From Nitrosopumilaceae archaeon (GTDB lineage Archaea > Thermoproteota > Nitrososphaeria > Nitrososphaerales > Nitrosopumilaceae), in NCBI GenBank assembly GCA_965203465.1, contig CBDBCR010000003.1, forward strand, positions 224,001 to 288,000: DNA of 64,000 nucleotides, read 5' to 3'. Made by a program: the position numbers and the translations under genes. This document shows positions 58,911 to 64,000 of this stretch, piece after piece; the first letter of the stretch is position 1; every line of letters begins with the position of its first letter. Under the pieces are notes generated by a model, which saw nothing but the letters and a program-made list of their open reading frames with translations, did no database searches and was not told the DNA's origin.

Positions 58911-59990
58911 ATGGTCTTCGAGCTGTGGCCGCGCGGGGCGCAGCCAGCCCAGGGCCACAGGCCGCCACCCCACGGCGGCCCGGCCTCGGCGCCTGGGATG
59001 CCGCCCGGCACCATAGACTTCAGCTCCAGCATAGGGCCGCTGCGCATGCCGCGCAGCATACGCGCCGCGCTCAAAAAGTCCGCCCGCCTGGCCGAAGACT
59101 ATCCCGATCCGTCCGCCTCGGGCCTGGCCTCGGCCCTCGCAGAATCGGTGCGCGTGCCGCGCTCGAGCATAGTGCCGGGCGGCGGCGCCGTCGAGCTGAT
59201 ACACGGCATAGCCCGCTCGCTGCTGGCCGGCCGCCGCGTCCTGGTCTGGGCGCCCACTTTCTCAGAGTACGCCTCGGCGGCCAGGCTGGCCGGCTGCCGC
59301 GTCCTCTCCCAGTACGGCGGCGATCTTGGCGAGTTCGCCTCGAGGCTCCCGCGCGGCGGCTGCGCGTTTTTGTGCAACCCCAACAACCCGACCGGCTCGA
59401 TGGCGACGGCAAGGCAAATTCTGCGCGTCGCAAAAGAGGCCGAATCGCGCTCGTGCATCCTGGTGGTGGACGAGTGCTTTATAGAAATGTCCGACGCGCC
59501 GTCCGAATCCGTGATCGGCTCGGCGGCCTCGCGCCCCAACCTCATAGTCCTCAGATCCCTGACCAAGGCGTTCGGCCTCGCGGGGCTGCGCGCGGGCTAC
59601 GCGGCCGCGCCGCGGCGCATAGCGCGCGTCCTGGAGTCGGCCCGCGTTCCGTGGAGCGTCAACGCGCTCGCGCAGAAAGCCGGCGCGCTAGCCGCCGCCG
59701 ACCCCGGGCACCTTGCCATGACGCGCGCGGCCGTGGCGCGCGAGCGCGCCTACATCGAAAGGGGCGTGCGCGCCATAGCGGGGCTGGAGGCGTACCCGTC
59801 GTCGGCCAACTTTCTGCTTCTGCGCTCGCGGCGCAGCTCGCGCGCGCTCAGGAAAGCCTTGCTGGCGCGGCGCGTGCTGGTGCGCGACTGCTCGGACTTT
59901 GACGGCCTGGACGGCCACCACGTGCGCGTCTCGGTCCGGACCAGGCCGGACAACAGGAAGCTGCTCGCCGCGCTGGGGGCCGAGGCGTGA
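58911..59990 (+). CDS. cobD: threonine-phosphate decarboxylase (class I/II aminotransferase fold)
   Basis: HGG, PTFSEY, CNPNNPTG, DECF, RSLTKAFGLAGLRAGY; first gene of the cobalamin cluster. Confidence 0.82.
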   Translation: MVFELWPRGAQPAQGHRPPPHGGPASAPGMPPGTIDFSSSIGPLRMPRSIRAALKKSARLAEDYPDPSASGLASALAESVRVPRSSIVPGGGAVELIHGIARSLLAGRRVLVWAPTFSEYASAARLAGCRVLSQYGGDLGEFASRLPRGGCAFLCNPNNPTGSMATARQILRVAKEAESRSCILVVDECFIEMSDAPSESVIGSAASRPNLIVLRSLTKAFGLAGLRAGYAAAPRRIARVLESARVPWSVNALAQKAGALAAADPGHLAMTRAAVARERAYIERGVRAIAGLEAYPSSANFLLLRSRRSSRALRKALLARRVLVRDCSDFDGLDGHHVRVSVRTRPDNRKLLAALGAEA

Positions 59991-60802
59991 AAGTAATGGT
60001 GCAGGGCACCTCGTCGGGTGCCGGCAAGACCACGATGGTGTCCGCGCTGTGCAGGATCTTTTCGGACGCGGGATACAGGACGGCCCCGTTCAAGGCGCAG
60101 AACATGTCCCGGTTCTCGCACCGCGGGCGCGGCCTGGAGATATCGCGCGCGCAGGCGATCCAGGCGCGCGCGGCGCGCGCGCGCCCCTCGCAGGACATGA
60201 ACCCCATACTGCTAAAGCCGCGCGGCGACAGCACCAGCGAGGTCTTCGCGATGGGCAAGAGCCTGGGCGCCATGGACGCCGCCCAGTACTACCGGTTCGC
60301 CGCCGAAAGGGGCATGGGCATGGTGCGCGCCTCGCTCCGGCGCCTGGCCTCGGAGAACGAGGCGCTCGTCATAGAGGGGGCCGGCTCGCCCGCCGAGATA
60401 AACGTATACGACATTGCAAACATGGCCACGGCGCGCGCGGCGCGCGCCCCCGTGCTGCTCGTCTCGGACATGGAGAGGGGCGGCGCGTTCGCCTCGGTGG
60501 CCGGGACCCTAGCGCTGCTGCCCGCGCGCGACCGCGCCCGCGTGCGCGGCCTGGTCATGAACCGGTTCCGCGGCGACCTGAAAATCCTGGAGCCGGGCCT
60601 GCGCCGCATATCAAGGATGACCGGCGTGCCCGTGCTCGGCGTGGTGCCGAGCATCCGCGTCGGGCTGCCCGAGGAGGATTCGCTCGGCTCGGGCGGGCGC
60701 GCGGCGCGCACGGCGCGCGGCTTGGAAAGAAGCATAGACGGGCTCGCAAAAGCCGTAAAAGGCAGCGTGGACGCGGGTGCCGTCATGGAGCTGGCGCGTT
60801 GA
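59987..60802 (+). CDS. cobQ: cobyric acid synthase, synthetase domain only
   Basis: QGTSSGAGKT, PFKAQNM, MNPILLKP, EGAGSPAEIN, LPEEDS; no glutaminase domain. Confidence 0.9.
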   Translation: MKVMVQGTSSGAGKTTMVSALCRIFSDAGYRTAPFKAQNMSRFSHRGRGLEISRAQAIQARAARARPSQDMNPILLKPRGDSTSEVFAMGKSLGAMDAAQYYRFAAERGMGMVRASLRRLASENEALVIEGAGSPAEINVYDIANMATARAARAPVLLVSDMERGGAFASVAGTLALLPARDRARVRGLVMNRFRGDLKILEPGLRRISRMTGVPVLGVVPSIRVGLPEEDSLGSGGRAARTARGLERSIDGLAKAVKGSVDAGAVMELAR

Positions 60803-61740
60803 TAGGGCTGGCCGTGGCGGCCTGCGCGCTGTGCCTCGACATGGCCCTAGGCGATCCGCCAAACAGGTACCACCCTACCGCGTGGATGGGCTCGGCGCTC
60901 TCGCCGGTCTGGCGCGCGTCGGGCGCGGGCCCGCGCGCGCAGAGAGCGGCCGGCGCCTGCGCGGTGCTGGCCGTGGCCGGCTCGGCGGCCGCGTGCGCCG
61001 CGCTGCTCGGCTCCGCGCTCGGCGTGCTGCCCTGGGCCGCGGCGGCAGAGGCGGTCGCCGGCGTGCTGCTGCTAAAGTCGACGGTGGCCGTGCGCGGCAT
61101 GGGCAGGCACGCCATGGCCGTGCACGGGCTGCTTGCGCGCGGCGACGTCGAGGGCGCGCGCGCCGGCCTGGCCACCATAGTCAAGCGCAGGACCGGCGGC
61201 CTCGACGGCGGGCGCGTGGCCTCGGGGGCGGTCGAGAGCGTCGCCGAAAACACGGTGGACGGCGTGACCGGCCCGCTGTTCTGGTTCGCCATCTTGGGCC
61301 TGCCCGGCGCGCTGGCCTACAGGGCCGTCAACACCGCGGATTCCATGATGGGGTACAGGACGCCCATGTTCAAGAATCTCGGGTGGTTCGCCGCGCGCGC
61401 CGACACCGCCCTCAACTACGTTCCGGCGAGGCTGACGGTGCCCGCCCTTGCGGCTGCGGCCCTGCTGCTGGGCCGCGACTGGAGGGGCTGCCTGCGGTGC
61501 GCCCTCTCCGAGGGCGGCTCGGTGCAGAGCCGCAACGCGGGGTACCCCATGGCCGCCATGGCCGGGGCCCTCGGCGTGCGCCTCGAAAAAGAGGGCTGCT
61601 ACGCCCTCGGCTCCGGGCCGGCGCCCGGGCCGCGCCACATACCCCAGGCCGTCGGCATGATGAGGGCCGCCTCGTGGCTGTTCCTGCTCTCGGTCGGCGC
61701 GCCGGCCATGGCCCTTTTGTGGTGGCTTGCCAATGCATAG
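60799..61740 (+). CDS. cbiB: adenosylcobinamide-phosphate synthase
   Basis: GDPPNRYHP, ESVAENTVDG, YRAVNTADSMMGY, NAGYPMAAMAGALG. Confidence 0.92.
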   Translation: MIGLAVAACALCLDMALGDPPNRYHPTAWMGSALSPVWRASGAGPRAQRAAGACAVLAVAGSAAACAALLGSALGVLPWAAAAEAVAGVLLLKSTVAVRGMGRHAMAVHGLLARGDVEGARAGLATIVKRRTGGLDGGRVASGAVESVAENTVDGVTGPLFWFAILGLPGALAYRAVNTADSMMGYRTPMFKNLGWFAARADTALNYVPARLTVPALAAAALLLGRDWRGCLRCALSEGGSVQSRNAGYPMAAMAGALGVRLEKEGCYALGSGPAPGPRHIPQAVGMMRAASWLFLLSVGAPAMALLWWLANA

Positions 61741-62437
61741 CGCGGCCTCTGTCGTATCGTTCCTGACCGTGCTGCCCGCGCCGCCCGGCACGCTCGAGGG
61801 CGCCGCCAGGCACATGTACCTGTTTCCCGCCGTCGGGGCGCTGGTGGGCGCCGTCGCCGGCGCGCTCGGCGCGGCCCTCTCGCTGGTCGACCCGATAATC
61901 GGGGGGCTCGGCGTCGTCGCCTCGGTGATGGTCCTTACGGGCCTGCACCACGCCGACGGGCTCGCCGACTTTGCCGACGGCCTCATGGCCGGGCCGAAGA
62001 GGGCTTTGGCGGCCATGCGCGACAGCTCGACGGGGACCGCCGGGACGGTGGCAACTTCGCTGTCCGTCGCCGCGCTGGCGGCGCTCTCGTTTTCCGCAGG
62101 CGGCCTGGCGCTGCTCGCGGCGGTGGCAGTCTCGGAGATGCTCGCAAAGACGTGCATCGTGGCGGTCGCCGCGCTGGGCCGCCCCGCCGGGCCCGGCTCG
62201 GGCGCCGAGTTCATGAAGTTTGCCGACCGCCGCCGCCTGGCGGCCGCCGCGGCCTCGGCGGTGGTCCCGGCGTGGCTGGTCTTCGGCTACGACGGGCTGG
62301 CCGCGGCAGGCGCGGCAGGCGCCGCGTGCGCCCTGGTACTGGCCATGTCGAGGCGCACCGGCGGGGTCAACGGCGACGTCATGGGCGCCTCCAACGAGAT
62401 GGGCAGGCTGGCCTCTATGGCCGTGCTCGTGCTCTAG
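61733..62437 (+). CDS. cobS: adenosylcobinamide-GDP ribazoletransferase
   Basis: FLTVLP, TGLHHADGLADFADG, MRDSSTG, GGVNGDVMGA. Confidence 0.92.
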   Translation: MHSAASVVSFLTVLPAPPGTLEGAARHMYLFPAVGALVGAVAGALGAALSLVDPIIGGLGVVASVMVLTGLHHADGLADFADGLMAGPKRALAAMRDSSTGTAGTVATSLSVAALAALSFSAGGLALLAAVAVSEMLAKTCIVAVAALGRPAGPGSGAEFMKFADRRRLAAAAASAVVPAWLVFGYDGLAAAGAAGAACALVLAMSRRTGGVNGDVMGASNEMGRLASMAVLVL

Positions 62438-63707
62438 GTATGCGGGCCACCTCGAATCCTTCGGGCCTGCGCCCGGGCGGCACCGTCGCGTCCAGCCCCA
62501 TCTTGGCGGTGAGCAGTTTTTTTTGGTCGCTGGACGGATCGAGGCTCGAGCCGCGCACGCCGCGCAGCACCACCAGGTCCCGGTCGGCCTGGAAGCGCGT
62601 GGCCACCGCGTACTCTACCGATGAGGGATCCTCGGGGTCGATGTCCGCGTCGACCACGACCGCCTGCTTTAGCGATCGGTGCACGGCAAACGCGCTGCGT
62701 ATCACCGACTTTGCTCCGCGCCCCGATCCCACCTGCACCACCGCGTGCATCCACCTGCTGCCGCCGCCGGTCAGGACCGCCCGCCTCACCTGCGGGTGGC
62801 GCTTTTTGAGCTCTATGTTGAGCTTTGACTCGGCGGGCATGCCCATCAGCAGGCGGTGCTCCGAATAGCCCGAGAGCACGTCGTGGTATATGGGCCGGTC
62901 GCGCCAGTACATCCGCTCCAGCTCGAAGACGGGCTGGCGGCGCGGCCGGTCGTAGGTGCGCAGCATCTCGACCATCCACTCCCTCTCCCGCCTGTCCTCG
63001 AGGATGCGCCCCTCCATGACTATCTCGGAGCCGTCCGGCACCGACAGCCCCGAGTACGGCAGGCGGCGCACGCGCAGCCTGCCGCCCAGCAGCCGGTTGG
63101 CGATGCCCAGCTCGCCCAGCCCCCACCGGTGCTGGTAGGCGCCAGCTATCGAGACCGCCGGGTGCACCCCGACGGTGACGGCCACGCGCAGATCCTCGCC
63201 GCCGGCGCGCGCGTGCTCGAAGCACCTGTCCAGGTGCCGGCCCTCGACCATGCGCACGGTAAAGTGCCTGCCGTCGAGCGGCATCATGCGGTGGAACGAG
63301 AGGTTCTGCGCGCCGGTCTGCGGGTTTTTGGCGTAGATGATGGAGGTCGTTATGAACGGGCCCGGCTCTTTGGAAAAGTGGCGCACGACGGGCAGCCCCG
63401 ACGCGCTGCGCGACGAGTTGGACTCGAACGGGGCCGAGGGGGCCGCGCGCGGATCGCGCGCCGAGGCTACCGCGCGCGAGAGCCGCGCATAGACGTCCGC
63501 CGAGCCTGCCGCCAGCGCGAACCTTGCGCGAGTGCCGACGAGGTTGGCGACCACGCGGAACTTGCCCACCTTTTCGAACAGGAGCGCCGGGCCGCCGTCG
63601 GCCGCCGCCGTGGCGGCGGCTATCTCGTAGCGCGGCGAGGCGGGCGACTTTACGCGCCTCAGCTGGCCGCGGCCCAGCGACTTGACGTACGAGCGCAGGT
63701 CATCCAC
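62415..63707 (-). CDS. UbiD-family decarboxylase
   Basis: NLSFHR, EIVMEG, VVVDADID, AVATRFQ, GSSLDPS, KMGLDAT. Confidence 0.9.
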   Translation of the reverse strand: MDDLRSYVKSLGRGQLRRVKSPASPRYEIAAATAAADGGPALLFEKVGKFRVVANLVGTRARFALAAGSADVYARLSRAVASARDPRAAPSAPFESNSSRSASGLPVVRHFSKEPGPFITTSIIYAKNPQTGAQNLSFHRMMPLDGRHFTVRMVEGRHLDRCFEHARAGGEDLRVAVTVGVHPAVSIAGAYQHRWGLGELGIANRLLGGRLRVRRLPYSGLSVPDGSEIVMEGRILEDRREREWMVEMLRTYDRPRRQPVFELERMYWRDRPIYHDVLSGYSEHRLLMGMPAESKLNIELKKRHPQVRRAVLTGGGSRWMHAVVQVGSGRGAKSVIRSAFAVHRSLKQAVVVDADIDPEDPSSVEYAVATRFQADRDLVVLRGVRGSSLDPSSDQKKLLTAKMGLDATVPPGRRPEGFEVARIPRARARP

Positions 63708-63981
63708 TGCCCGCCAGCTCCTTGACCGCCGACGCGACCGCGCGCGCCGAGGCCTCGTCCAGCTCGTCGGTGCCCACCGACGCTATCGATATTCCCCCCG
63801 TCTGCCTGCACGCCTTTTCCGAGACGAGGCGCACGAACGGCGATCCCGCGCGCGACGGTATCACCGTGGTGCTGACCGGCCCCGCGCCGCCCGGCAGCGA
63901 GGCCTCCACCGCGCCGAGCCTGCGCCCGCCTTCCGTGACGGAAACGAAGATTCCGTTGCCGAACCTTATTGCCTCGACCAA
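63700..63981 (-). CDS. hypothetical protein, probably 5'-truncated by the window edge
   Basis: FGNGIFVSVTEG..STTVIP; overlaps the UbiD start. Confidence 0.6.
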   Translation of the reverse strand: MVEAIRFGNGIFVSVTEGGRRLGAVEASLPGGAGPVSTTVIPSRAGSPFVRLVSEKACRQTGGISIASVGTDELDEASARAVASAVKELAGSG

Positions 63982-64000
63982 AAACCGGCGATCGCCGGAC

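Overview
This is GC-rich archaeal chromosomal DNA. Gene content (archaeal histone, rps17e, rpl15e, nurA-herA-mre11-rad50, Sua5/Cgi121, short cobQ, CFI-box-CTERM secreted proteins, TATA boxes about 25 bp before start codons) points to Nitrososphaerota/Nitrosopumilaceae. A Cenarchaeum-like, possibly host-associated lineage is an inference. Most of the window is core metabolism (purA, pyrF, pyrE, purB, uppS, cobD/cobQ/cbiB/cobS, UbiD family, tRNA-Cys). Main unusual items: (1) ribosomal protein eS17 fused in frame to a complete PIN-type nuclease domain (21807-22649); (2) an AT-richer two-gene island with an ABC-type ATPase plus a PIN-like protein (36381-38088), a candidate defence system; (3) a probable toxin-antitoxin pair whose 43-aa acidic partner is missing from the ORF track (1719-2085); (4) three nested IS elements (IS5-like > IS630 > IS630) between two TPR paralogues, creating an in-frame 685-aa double-transposase ORF; (5) a 655-bp tandem duplication encoding membrane proteins with a variable 21-bp heptad repeat; (6) a doubly frameshifted S8 protease and an asd pseudogene fragment. 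All family assignments come from motif recognition by eye; no searches were run.
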